From Adineta vaga (taxonomy: Eukaryota > Animalia > Rotifera): a DNA stretch of 64,000 nt. The stretch covers positions 14,756,001-14,820,000 of the forward strand of contig CP075492.1 of NCBI GenBank assembly GCA_021613535.1, read 5' to 3'. Both the position numbers and the translations under genes were made by a program. Each line of letters starts with the position of its first letter. Positions within the stretch are counted from its first letter, which is position 1. Positions 12,111-23,257 of the stretch are shown here, in pieces. Under the pieces are notes generated by a model. That model was not told the origin of the DNA and ran no database searches. It saw only the letters and a program-made list of their open reading frames with translations.

Positions 12111-12340
12111 ACGAAGAAATAGAGATAAAGATGAATTTATTTCTGCTAGGGGAATTTAAAATTCCCCTATAGGGGAAATTGAAATTTTAATCTCCCCTAG
12201 TGGAAACTAAAATCTTCAACTTTTCATAGAAAATACATAGAGAAAAAACATAATTTTAATTTCTCCTAGAGGAGATTAAAATTTCAATTTCCCCTTAGGG
12301 CGATTTTAAATTCCCCTAAATTTTAATTTCCCCTGTAACA
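12111..12340 (-). repeat. Right terminal inverted repeat of the Ginger element (230 bp)
   Basis: Near-perfect inverted copy of 9517-9746, ending ...CCCCTGTAACA. Confidence 0.95.
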
Positions 12341-12690
12341 TATATATAGAGTTCTCGTCATTTGATGAAAATGCATGAATAATGTTGTGAGATTTTTCAA
12401 AGAAACAATTCCTTCAGATAATATTCCATTAAACTGCTAATAACCATTCAATTCATTATCATATAATTATGGTTTCAACTTGATTTAATGTCATGCCATT
12501 GACAATGATAGCGAATTATTTTTAAATATAAAAGACAACAAGAAAATCAATTAGCCTTCCAATGACTCGCAAATCTTCTTTACAATATAATAATCAATTA
12601 TTAGATCGAATCGATTATCTAATTGAACGTTATAGAGAATTGAATATTGAAACTAGAAAATAATTTTTTATATGGACATACGAGCAGTCA

Positions 12691-13628
12691 TCCTATTCCG
12701 AAAAGTTACACATTCCGGAATTGTTTGACCCACTAAAGTGACTGTCATTCAATTCCGGAATTCATCTCATCCCATTCCGGAATTCCTTATACTCGATTAT
12801 TACTGATCCAATCTAATTCCTAGCAACTCCTGCCAATTCCGGAATTGTCTGACATAGAGAAAAGGATTAACGTGCAGATGGATGTGCATTCCTAGCATTG
12901 CACCCACAAGAAATCACCAGGAATTCCTGCCTATTCCGGAATTGCAAATCTATATAGTATAATCACATAACCCTGCATAAGTAGCCATAAAAAGTAAAAG
13001 CGGAATTCCGGAATTCCGCTCGGGATTTCGATCGATTGATGAGGTTGGCGTATTCTTCAACTAACATATCTTAGCAATTCCGGATTTACTAGGAAATACA
13101 GGAATTCCTACACATTCCGGAATTGCGAATCTATATAGTATAACCAGATAATCATACATTAGTAGTCATGAAAAGTAAAAGCGGAATTCCGGAATTCGTG
13201 CATATCCGGAATAGGCAGGAATGTGCAGGAAATGCAGGAATTCCTGCCAAATCCCAGTTACTCCGGATATGCATGAATTCCGGAATTCCGCTCGGGAATT
13301 CAGTTGAGCGTTTAGGATGATCTTTTCTTCAACTAATATATCTTAGCTATTCCGGAATAGGCAGGAAATGCAGGCATTCCTGCCATATCCTAGCTATTCC
13401 GAATGTGCACGAATTCCGGAATTCCGTTCGGGATTTCGATCGATTGATGAGGGTGACGTATTCTTCAACTAATATATCTTAGCAATTCCGGAATAAGCAG
13501 GAATTTGATAGCATTTGTAGGCATGGAATCAAGCAGTTCCGGATTGGAATAAGAGGAATTCCGGAATTGAACTGTCATTAGTAGTGTGGATTAAGCGATT
13601 CCGGAATGTGTAACTTTTGGGAATAGGA
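12691..13628. mobile_element. Non-coding foldback/MITE-like element made of ATTCCGGAAT palindromic modules
   Basis: Imperfect TIRs (TCCTATTCCGAAAAGTTACACATTCCGGAAT... / ...ATTCCGGAATGTGTAACTTTTGGGAATAGGA); internal ~100-bp block twice and ~80-bp block three times; no ORF; TSD not identified. Confidence 0.7.
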
Positions 13629-13788
13629 AGTATTCTCAATTATCATGATACACTCGATACGACTGATTTTGAATATGAACAAATCATCTGACAAAATGCA
13701 ATTCCAATAGTTGCTATGTTAGCTCATGCGTGTGTGTCGTTCATTTTCAATAATATGTCAGATAGATTCAATGTTATTTATTCCAAAG

Positions 13789-14079
13789 ATAAAATATAGC
13801 CTTGTTGAAGATCCCTGTGACGACTGTACAGTTACGTTATGGTGCTCGCCTTTGGCTTTGTGTCAAGAAGCACGAGAATTGAAACTTCGAAGTAATATAC
13901 CATAGAGGAATACATCTTTTCCACATCAATCAATAAGCGATATTTCAAGTTTCGATCTATTTTTAGGTGCAAATTCAACAAGTGCAGTTATATTAGTTCA
14001 ACCATTGAGCATTATTAGTCAATCACAACAAGTGGAAACTACGCAACCATTCAGTTCTATGAAACCTCTCGAGTCATAA
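13789..14079 (+). pseudogene. PLAC8/cornifelin-family gene, 3' exons only
   Basis: IKYSLVEDPCDDCTVTLWCSPLALCQEARELKLR followed by a terminal exon; the upstream part is frameshifted or missing next to the foldback element. Confidence 0.62.
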
Positions 14080-14174
14080 AATTCGATCATCTAAAAACAA
14101 TCATTTTTTTGCTTGCTTCATAAATTAAATTGCAATACTGTTTTTCTGCTAATAAAAAAATTTATTCAATTGAT

Positions 14175-14993
14175 TTAAAAAAATGGTATTTTCACTACAT
14201 GATAAGTTTCATCGTCTAACAGAACTAATTCTGTTCTACATGAGTTTGTATATTGTTTCAAAACAGATACAGCATTTTGAAATTCTTGATTAAAATGTTC
14301 ACCATAGATCAAATCGATTGAACAATAAACTCCACTAAAGATTAAATTAGTTAAAACAATTGAATCATGTCCTTCAATATCGGTCTTGATCATTATTTTT
14401 GGTGCAGGTAAACCTGATGGAATCTTTCGAGTTAACACTGTTCCTTTAATCCATGATGCAATATCAATACTTGAAACCATGATCTTTGTTTTATTAGCAT
14501 TCGGTTGTAAACTTGAACCCCATTGATGATATAATGTATCATTTGGTTGAGTATAAAATGCTTGACTTTCATTGGTAATACTAACTGCAGTGGATGTAAA
14601 GATTTTAACACGATATTTATTTCGTAAACAATAGTTTTCGAACATTTTTAGATAAACATCATGAACCGGATTAGCTTCAAAACCCACGGAACAAACTTGT
14701 TTAGTATAAGTACCAAACATGCGTGCAAAAAGTGGAGATATAGTTGAATTCGGATATAATTGTGGTTCGTAAAGTTTACGGATTTGTATGCCAATATTTG
14801 TTCCCATATCAATATAAACAAATCGGCAACCATCGAGAAAATTTCCTTGAGATTGAGGAGATAATACTAATGATATCTGATTAATTGTAAATCTGTACAA
14901 TGAATAGATCAGTAGGAAAACGATAAGACATATGCAAAGTCTTTTGAATGATCGTATTAGTTTGTAAATACCAGGATGGAATTTTTCGTTCAT
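14175..14993 (-). CDS. Type II membrane FkbM-like SAM-dependent methyltransferase
   Basis: N-terminal TM, then VYIDMGTNIG (motif I), GFEANP, AVS, IDIASWI and KTDIEG motifs; intronless; an alternative start lies at 15020. Confidence 0.72.
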   Translation of the reverse strand: MNEKFHPGIYKLIRSFKRLCICLIVFLLIYSLYRFTINQISLVLSPQSQGNFLDGCRFVYIDMGTNIGIQIRKLYEPQLYPNSTISPLFARMFGTYTKQVCSVGFEANPVHDVYLKMFENYCLRNKYRVKIFTSTAVSITNESQAFYTQPNDTLYHQWGSSLQPNANKTKIMVSSIDIASWIKGTVLTRKIPSGLPAPKIMIKTDIEGHDSIVLTNLIFSGVYCSIDLIYGEHFNQEFQNAVSVLKQYTNSCRTELVLLDDETYHVVKIPFF

Positions 14994-15870
14994 TGATCTC
15001 GATAGGAAAATAAATTTCATTGGAAATCGTTAAACAATCACAAATACACCTTCATTCAGTTCATAGATAATCTTTTAAGTTTAATGACATAACATTTCGT
15101 TGATGATCCATGAATCGTTGTTGGATGTTTTTCGAGTGTTTAGCTTTTTCTCGCATGAAAAAATTTCTTTACAATAGATGCGTATTATAAACGACCATGT
15201 GCTTGAAATTTTCACTCTGGCAATTTTATGAAAGTAAACATGAAACATTTTCTTTCTGTTCGTTTTATAAGTCTGTTTAATCATCTCTTACATTTGCATA
15301 GAAAGTGTGAGACGCTTTTGTACAGACAATGTTAAAAAAAAGTGATTGATAAAGATCATATGAAAATGGGAAAACAAGTTGTTGTAATAAGATGTATTTA
15401 TTTTATTTAGAATATAAATAATCGTGAAGAAGTAGAAAAAGATGAAGAGTCATACAACGTGTAAATCTACACGATAAAGAAGAGCACAATATGATTTTTA
15501 TTATTGTAATATAATGACTTAGTTATAGATTTGATCTTTCTTCCTTTGATTTTCTTCCAAACGTGCTTCTCTATATACACGTGTCGATCATTCTTTTATC
15601 TCTTACGTTAAGAACGATTTCTTTTGTATTCTTGTTGGTTGAATTTTAAACTGAGAATTTATGACAAATGATAGATTCTGTTGAAATGCTATTCGAAAAT
15701 CAGTTTGTTCCATATGTTGTCATATGATTTTTTCAAAGAATGAAAACGAATAAGTCAGACTTAGAAACCACCTCAACACTATTCATGGGGTACAATAATC
15801 TTGCTTAATCGAAAATAAGACGACGAAAGATAAGAACAGCCATATTATCTTTACCGCACGATGCGATGTA

Positions 15871-15900
15871 TGAATGAATGAATGAATGAATGAATGAATG
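15871..15900. repeat. (GAAT)n microsatellite
   Basis: About 7 tandem GAAT units. Confidence 0.9.
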
Positions 15901-16174
15901 GGGGAAAAGAATGATGCAACAATAATGTCATTTTGTTCTTATCTCGTTTTTACCGACGTTCTCCAACTCTCATCGAAAATGCAACAGTGACCTATGATGA
16001 ATAATTCCCATAAAATGGCAGTAAGAAATAACGTAGAAATTACCGTCTTATTTGTATTCACCCATATCGATTTCCCATTGCGGAAGTTACCTGTATATAT
16101 ATAGAATTCAAAATCATTTAGTTGATTACTTACATTACCTGCAAAATAAGCAACTTAAAGCGACTGATTCTATT

Positions 16175-16928
16175 ATGACAATGAAACACATCATCATTTT
16201 GGCAATGACTTTATTTTTTCAGATTGGTATAAGTGCATTCGTATGTAAGCAAATTGAATTAATATGAGTATCTTATCAAATAATCATATAAATATTTCTA
16301 CTTGTTTAGTGAAAGACAATGAACATTCTAAGTCAAGCACAATACAACAACATAATAATGAATATTATAATGATTATTTCGGTATTTCTGTAAAAGCACC
16401 TGACGGATGGCATCCGAGAAGACAAATGGACATGTTAGGAAAAATCGAGAAAGAAACGGAACCATTTAAAGTTCATAATCACAAATCAAATGAAAAACGA
16501 CTTCAAGAAGCTTTGGAAGAAGCATTACCACTTTTTGGGTTCTCAGAATATTCTCCTGATATATCATTAGACGCAAAAATGAATCCAAACATTGAAGTTA
16601 TTGCCTATAATTTAAAAACTCTTCTAGGAGTTACGACTTCATGGGATTATCTGAGAAAACTTGAAGAAATTAGCACATTCGAGAAATATGACTTAACATG
16701 TAATTTATTTACAGTAAACAGAACAAGAACAGAGTATGCCGTACATATGTCACACACGAAGAGAAACCTAAAACCATAAGTCGACAAATAAGACGTGCAA
16801 TTGTCAGAAATAGTCATGTTATTGTCTTCGAATTGAATTATTATTATAATCTTACTCGGGAAAAAGTGGGCAAGCACTTCATGGACAATGTAAACTTTAA
16901 CCGATTTGATAAACTGTTTTTAGTCTGA
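16175..16928 (+). pseudogene. Secreted protein resembling bacterial PsbP/DUF-like hypothetical proteins; one intron and one frameshift
   Basis: Signal peptide exon (intron 16245-16309), then YYNDYFGISVKAPDGW..NPNIEVIAYNL..GVTTSWDYL. Removing 2 nt from CACACAC (~16751-16757) extends the frame to TGA at 16928. May be an intact gene with an assembly error. Confidence 0.58.
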
Positions 16929-17842
16929 TTTTTTTGGTTACATAGAACAATTATGTACATTTATGTGTTTTAAAAAATAAAATATAACTACATTTTATTG
17001 AATAAGACTATAATTATTTTAACATCATTTTCTTGGGATAATCGTAATGAACGAATATCATTAGAGGTGGCTTGTGCAATGAATAAAGTTAAAATCAAGA
17101 TAATCGGATACATAATCAAATTTTGTTCTCTAAAAGAAAAATACTTTGAAGACAAGAAAAATAAGTTGATCATAGAAAAAGATTGCTCCTCTTATCCGAA
17201 GATTATTTTCAAGAAAATGTTGAATAATGTAAGTAAGTCACTTTATATCTTACTGCACTTTTCGTCCATTATTCAAATCATGAGTTGCATTTTATTTATT
17301 GTCTTTTTATTCTCGATAATTGTTTCGAATGAAAGATACTTTCAATCACATCCTTCATTTCTTTGTCAGTAAACGAATATGCATTATGATGTTGATCTCA
17401 AAATAATGAAAGAATAATTATTGATTCATTCAAATGTAGTAAAAGTCACCAACATTATAATTTTCTATCAATATCATGATAACTCGATGAAATAAAAACT
17501 TTCTTTGATTATTCATGTTTTTGCGTAAGTTTTAAGTCGAGAAATTTAGGCCCACTCCTTCCCCACCCTTCACTACAAACAAAACCCTATTATAGGTAAA
17601 ACTACATTATAGGAACAATCCAGCTTCAAAGAAAACCGCATTGCGTACAAGCGATTATGGCAAATAGACTATGTGAGTTCCATATTTTAGTCCTAAAGCG
17701 ACTGTACTAAAAAATGAGTTATGTTATATTTGTGAGGTGCAGCATCAGTAAAACGTACATAACACGTAGAAAGAAAAGAAAAATAAATCGATAGAATATT
17801 ACTGTCTACGTAAAATGAGAGACATTTCATTCGAAAAGAAGA

Positions 17843-18085
17843 CTCTCATTTCATACATTACCCATTGAATTAACGAATCGAATTCTTGATCATCTCGTCG
17901 AGATGATCTCGATAACAAAACATGATATTAATTTAAATCTATTGATTAACTATGCGACAAAGATTTGTCGGTTACGTTTGTAATTATTTATATTATAACA
18001 GACAATCACTGCATTACATCTGTATAATAATCCAATCGGTCCAGTGGGTATACGGCATATTGCTAACGTTTTTCAATACAATAAA
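17843..18085 (+). pseudogene. F-box plus LRR (RI-like) gene remnant
   Basis: LSFHTLPIELTNRILDHL (F-box start) and an 84-nt AG/GT-flanked exon 18002-18085 encoding TITALHLYNNPIGPVGIRHIANVFQYNK (one 28-aa LRR). Confidence 0.58.
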
Positions 18086-18201
18086 GTACTATTTCTCAAT
18101 GATTTTCTTATTTTACTCCTAATTAATTGGCATATATTAATAAATATAACAGTTAGTAATAACAATCGAAAAATTGACAAGTTATGATTTATTAATTGAC
18201 T

Positions 18202-20566
18202 TTAAAAAGATGAACTTTCATAATAATATTTTCGAGTTTGATTTAAAAATCTTAAATAAACGGATATCGGAAGTATCTGTTGAAAACGTTTTTCCATTTC
18301 TCTATTCAGTCGATCGAATATTAACCAATAATTTTCATGAGATAAACAATGATCAATTAATACTTTCAAATCTTCTCCAGTCATATATTCAGTTAATCCA
18401 ATCATTGCATCTAATTTATTATCATAAAGAAAAGTTCGAACATGTTGATCAGACCAGGATTCCATCGGTAGATTCTTATATGTACTTGCAGTGATACTTT
18501 GACGCATTGGGATCGATAGAGACAAATGTTTTCTAAATAATCAACTCATTATTACGTTCAAAATTCAGATAAAATATGATTACTCTTTTGCTTCGATAGG
18601 TTCCGAGATATTCGATTGAATTTCAGCAATCAGTAATCCAATAGCTTCGGAAAAATCTTGCTGAACAAAATCAATACACATTGTTCCTGTTGATATAAAA
18701 TCAAACCAACCATCACGTTCAACATCTTTGACAATTATTGGAATAATTAACTTTTTTCTATCACGTGCATATTCAACTTCATTTCGACAATTTTCACTTC
18801 TTTTATATGTTTCCGACATACACATGAGAATAGATGTTGATTTATCTACTGCTCGTGCCATAGTTTGACATAACGATCCAGCCATTTGATTTTCATCTAA
18901 CCAAATTTTCAAATGATAATCTTTAGTTAAATGCTTATAAATATCGTGTACTAATGATTTATCACTCCAACTGTAACTAATCATTAAATCAAACTCATTT
19001 GTTTCATCATCATTAGTTTGTTTGAATTCTTCTTCTCTCTCTAATCTCCATAATAAACCATCGAGAGTTTTTTTCAAGAATTCATTTTTCGATATTGACG
19101 ATTCGATTTGTTTATTTGCAAGATTTCGAATATGTGACATAAATTTCTCATTCGTTTTCAAAAGATTTACTGCATCGTTGTTGAATGACATGACGAAAAG
19201 ACATTCGTATACTAATAATTCTATATTTGTTCGCATTTCTAATGTATCATTATGAAAATCTGATTGAATTTGTTCGAATGTCTTTTGATATTTATCATCT
19301 TCATTAAGTTTTATCTCTTTATGTTCGGAAAAATTCGAAGAATCTTGAGAATAGTTATCAATTATGTCGATTAATGATTGTAAACCATCATTTGTAATAA
19401 ATCCTCTTTTGATTTGATCATGTTGTAAATATGCTAGAGAATGAAACAAAATTGTCTGTGATAGAATCTTTCTAATCAGAAAATTTTTCGAAATGCAGAA
19501 GCGCTTTTCAGCCAGACCTTTCCGCATCGCATAACCTATATACATATACTTTACTCGGGGCTATAAGATGGGTAAAACTCTGGTTAAAAAATGCTCCTGC
19601 ACTTGGCAATGTTCCTTAGTGAGCGAATCACCACGTACCTTTCAATGCTAACAACATATCAAGAATATGTATTCCATAGTTTGAAAAATTGTTGTTTTCA
19701 ACTTTTGAATTAATTATTTGTTTAATATTCATCATTAATGTTTTAATAATTTCTAATGGTTTATCAATTTCGTTTTTGATATCGTCTTCATTGAATAATA
19801 ATCCAACTAGAACATAGAATGAAAGTTTAATTGCATCATTAGTTTTTATTTTTTTCATTGATGAGAAAAGAATATGTTTAATCATTTGATTATGTTTAGC
19901 AATTGTAAAACAATCAGTATCTGTTTTAATAAATATCATTGTTAATTTTAAAATAATCCAAACAACAAATGATGTTTTGGTATTAAATGTATTTGATAGA
20001 TCATTTGAGTGACATTCGAATTTTATAGTTGTAAAATTATCTTTTTCTAAACGTTGAATTATATCAGAATTATTTAATATAGGTAAAATCAATTGAATTA
20101 TTCGAAAATATTCATTTTTTTGAATGAAATTTTCAAATTGTAATTCTTCTTTGAAAACATGTTGAATACTTGTCGATATTTTCTGCATTTCAATCATATT
20201 CATAACTAAATATTTAATAACAACTAATCGTTCATGTTCAATACAATCTTCAATATGAAGAGATTTTTTTTCAGGTAATAATTGTTCAAATAAAGATTCA
20301 TATGTTGGTAACCAAAATTGACAAAGTTTATTTCGTTGTTCATTGGTATAATAAAATCGATCAGTTGTCATATGAAAAAGACGAAATAATAACCAATTAT
20401 CAGTATTACTTAATGAAGTTTTATCTAATTGTCTTAAAGCTTGTTCATAATCATCTAATACATCGGATGATGTATAATAATGAAATATTTCATTGTATAA
20501 ATCAACATTACTAATTTGATTATTCTTCGAGGAAATTTTCTTGATTAAAGTAGTTAATGATGCCAT
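18202..20566 (-). CDS. ARM-like helical region plus TIR_2 domain plus SAM-like C-terminus, 3 exons
   Basis: Exons 20566-19639, 19433-18584 and 18532-18202 splice in frame. TIR motifs FDLMISYSW, IWLDENQM, MARAVDKS, SENCRNEVEYA and IIPI; C-terminal ESWSDQHVRTFL is SAM-like. Confidence 0.83.
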
Positions 20567-21097
20567 GAAGAGAATATCTAAGATGAGAAAAAAAAATATT
20601 CGAATACATTTTTATTGATAGCATATAACGACTATCTGTTAAGATAGAATTCATATTAAACTTCGGATTAATTCAAAGCGAGAGTGAAGTATTTATTATT
20701 ACTATGTTTACTACAATGATTACTGATGCATAAATTGACCTTCTACCAAATCAATATCATTAATATTAACATTATACCATGCTTTTCATTCTTCATCACA
20801 GTTAGAAAACAAGAATACCTGAAGATATTTTTAATACACGTTATGTGTCTACGTATACTAGCGACCTCTCAACTCATCGATCGGAATAAATCCATTTGAG
20901 TAACTATAGGAAGTTCTTTCTAATCTAATATGATGAATATTTTCCGATTTTAATAACGTTTTCTTCATTAACTTTTGATTCGTTCAATGAGATAGGCGAA
21001 TGATCAACGTTGATGATGATAGGTCAAGTCAAGTGAGCGATAAGATGAAAATAATATATTCATATCTTGTTCGAAATCGTTTCTACTCTAAATTATC

Positions 21098-21412
21098 ATG
21101 TCTTCTTCTACAGACAATACTAATCAACAAATGAATAAAACAATTCGTAAAGATGTTGATAAAATAGTTGACAAATATGATATTGAAGATATTTGTGCTC
21201 AATGTGATGCAGCATCGAATAAAACTATAACTTATTGTCGATGTTGGAAATCAAAAAAAGTATAGTTAATAAAAAAATGAATATAGATTTCATATCTATA
21301 TATCTATATATATATGATTTTTTAGTTTCCATTTTGTGATGGTTCACATAATGCTTGGAATAAAGAAACAGGTGATAATGTAGGTCCATTGGTGATTACT
21401 AAAAAACAATAA
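21098..21412 (+). CDS. CDGSH iron-sulfur (NEET family, CISD1/2-like) protein without TM anchor, 2 exons, 82 aa
   Basis: MNKTIRKDVDKIVDKYDIEDI..YCRCWKSKK|FPFCDGSHNAWNKETGDNVGPLVI; intron 21260-21325. Not in the ORF track. Confidence 0.88.
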
Positions 21413-21699
21413 ACCTGTCGATTTACAATGCAATTTGGGTGCTCTATGGATTTGTTTGTGATACATTTGCTTCGTCGTTTTTCCTTTGTAGTTGCTAATT
21501 TTATTATAATATCATCGAAATAGAAGTAGTTAGACTTACAATATTTCGTTTTTTTTATCAATGAAAACATACATGAATCAATCTTTATTAATAAGCGATA
21601 CTTTTTTTAGTGTTTTGTTTCATAAAGAGAATTGTGTAACATATTATTGTTATGAAAACATGTTGTTAAATCCAAAATGGAAATTTAGTTCATTTGTTG

Positions 21700-23257
21700 T
21701 CATTCAAGCATAATACTGACATTCGATTCAATTACCAATGAAGCAGTATTTGTACCAATTACATTAATGGTAAATGAACTCGTGATATTAGGTTCATATG
21801 TTGAAACAACTAATTTATATTTTGCTTGATAATCAATAAACAAACTTAAAACAAATGTACTGCTACCACCAACATAATTAGTTTCTATAAAATTTTGTGA
21901 TTGATCGGTAGAGTGAAAACTGTTGTTATAAATAGATGCCATTATATCATTTGCGTTACTGCATAGGAAAAAGTATTGTGAAGACGCAGTTGGGATGATC
22001 GTGAAAACTTCATAATAATATACTGAATCATAATCGTCGCTGAAACTATATGTGGGACTAGTATCACTTAATTCAAATGAATATTCGGTGGATGTTAACG
22101 GCGTACTTGCGACTGAAAAAGAAATTATAATGAAAAAAATATTAAATGAACAGCTATAGACTATTCCATTGCTGACATATCAATAAGTATCATTTTATAG
22201 GTAGAAAGCTTTCGAGATGTATTCAAAATCGAGATACTATTCTTACTTGACGTATTCATTGGAAACATATTGACTAATGCTGAACTTGTTACAACGATTT
22301 TATAAGGTCCTGTTTGAAATGGCTCATATGTCGTTACAACCAAAATGTATGTATTTGATGTTTGAAGATATACGTCTAATAAGAATTGGCCATCATCACC
22401 TGACTCATCATCTTCTTCAAGAATATTATCAGTAGGATTATTAAAATCGAAGAAATTCTCATATATATAACCATATGTATCCATAGCTATCAGATTTGAT
22501 TGTATAATCACCAGTTTTGGATACGTTCAATTGGATCGCTTCGAAAAAGAATACACGATCGTTACAGTCATAAAACGAGCAAAATCTTGAACTATTGAAA
22601 GTCAAGACTGATGAGTATGTAGTTGTTACTGCTGTTGCGATAGCTAATTAAAATAAGTAAAATGACTATCGAGTTATAACGAAAAATTATATTGAGTTAC
22701 TGTTTATCAAAGAAATATGCTTATGAATTAAGTATGTTATAAAACAAACCTGGTGTGGTTGTAGAATAAGTTGTAGTTGCTGAACTTCGTGTTGTAATAG
22801 TGCTGACCTGGTAGTATTTGTCACACTGATTATTGTTGTATTTCTTGTGCTAGTCATCATGCCAGTGCTAATCGATGTAGTCATTGTATTTGATAAAGGA
22901 CCTATAAAGCGAATACCTTATTTATAAGTATAGTAGAAGATGCCTAGTAATCATTTCCGTGCTCTCATTAACAGTCTATCACGTGAATAAAAATATCAAT
23001 CTATCAGATTTTCTTTAGTAGTATATGCTTACTATATGCTGACGTTGTGCTTAAAACAGTTGTTTGTTTGGTAGTTGCATCTAGTAAACGCAGAAAAAAC
23101 TTGAATACAATAAAGGAATAAAAATATTAAAATTACTTGATAATTCAACATTATTGTTGTTCATTTTAAAATGAAAAATAAGTGAAACGATAATCGTGAC
23201 TACTATTGCTGAGCTAACTAATCCAGCGACCAAAATAACTTTTGTAAGACGTTTCAT
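21700..23257 (-). pseudogene. Membrane-anchored Thr-rich protein with two PPC-like beta domains; apparent frameshift near 22490
   Basis: N-terminal TM (MKRLTKVILVAGLVSSAIVVTIIVSLIF), Thr-rich exons, then FEAIQLNVSKTGDYTIKS and, in a shifted frame, MDTYGYIYEN..DDESGDDGQF..YILVVTTY; the second repeat is in frame. Confidence 0.55.

Larger units (their letters stand above)
9517..12340 (+). mobile_element. Ginger2/TDD-type DNA transposon (integrase-like transposase), apparently full length
   Basis: TGT...ACA termini, 230-bp TIRs, TATA flanking both ends (9513-9516 and 12341-12344), internal spliced KRBA2/SCAND3-like integrase; no gag, RT or LTRs. Confidence 0.92.

Noticed and set aside
9410-12663. 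Host gene with the Ginger element inserted in its intron
   Set aside because: The flanks look like exon-intron-exon remnants but contain stops and no recognisable motif.
12691-13628. CRISPR-like array
   Set aside because: The sequences between the palindromes are themselves repeated and irregular in length, there are no cas genes, and the context is eukaryotic.
16988-17113. Signal-peptide ORF MYPIILILTLFIAQATS on the minus strand
   Set aside because: No convincing downstream exons; it runs into the end of the neighbouring gene.
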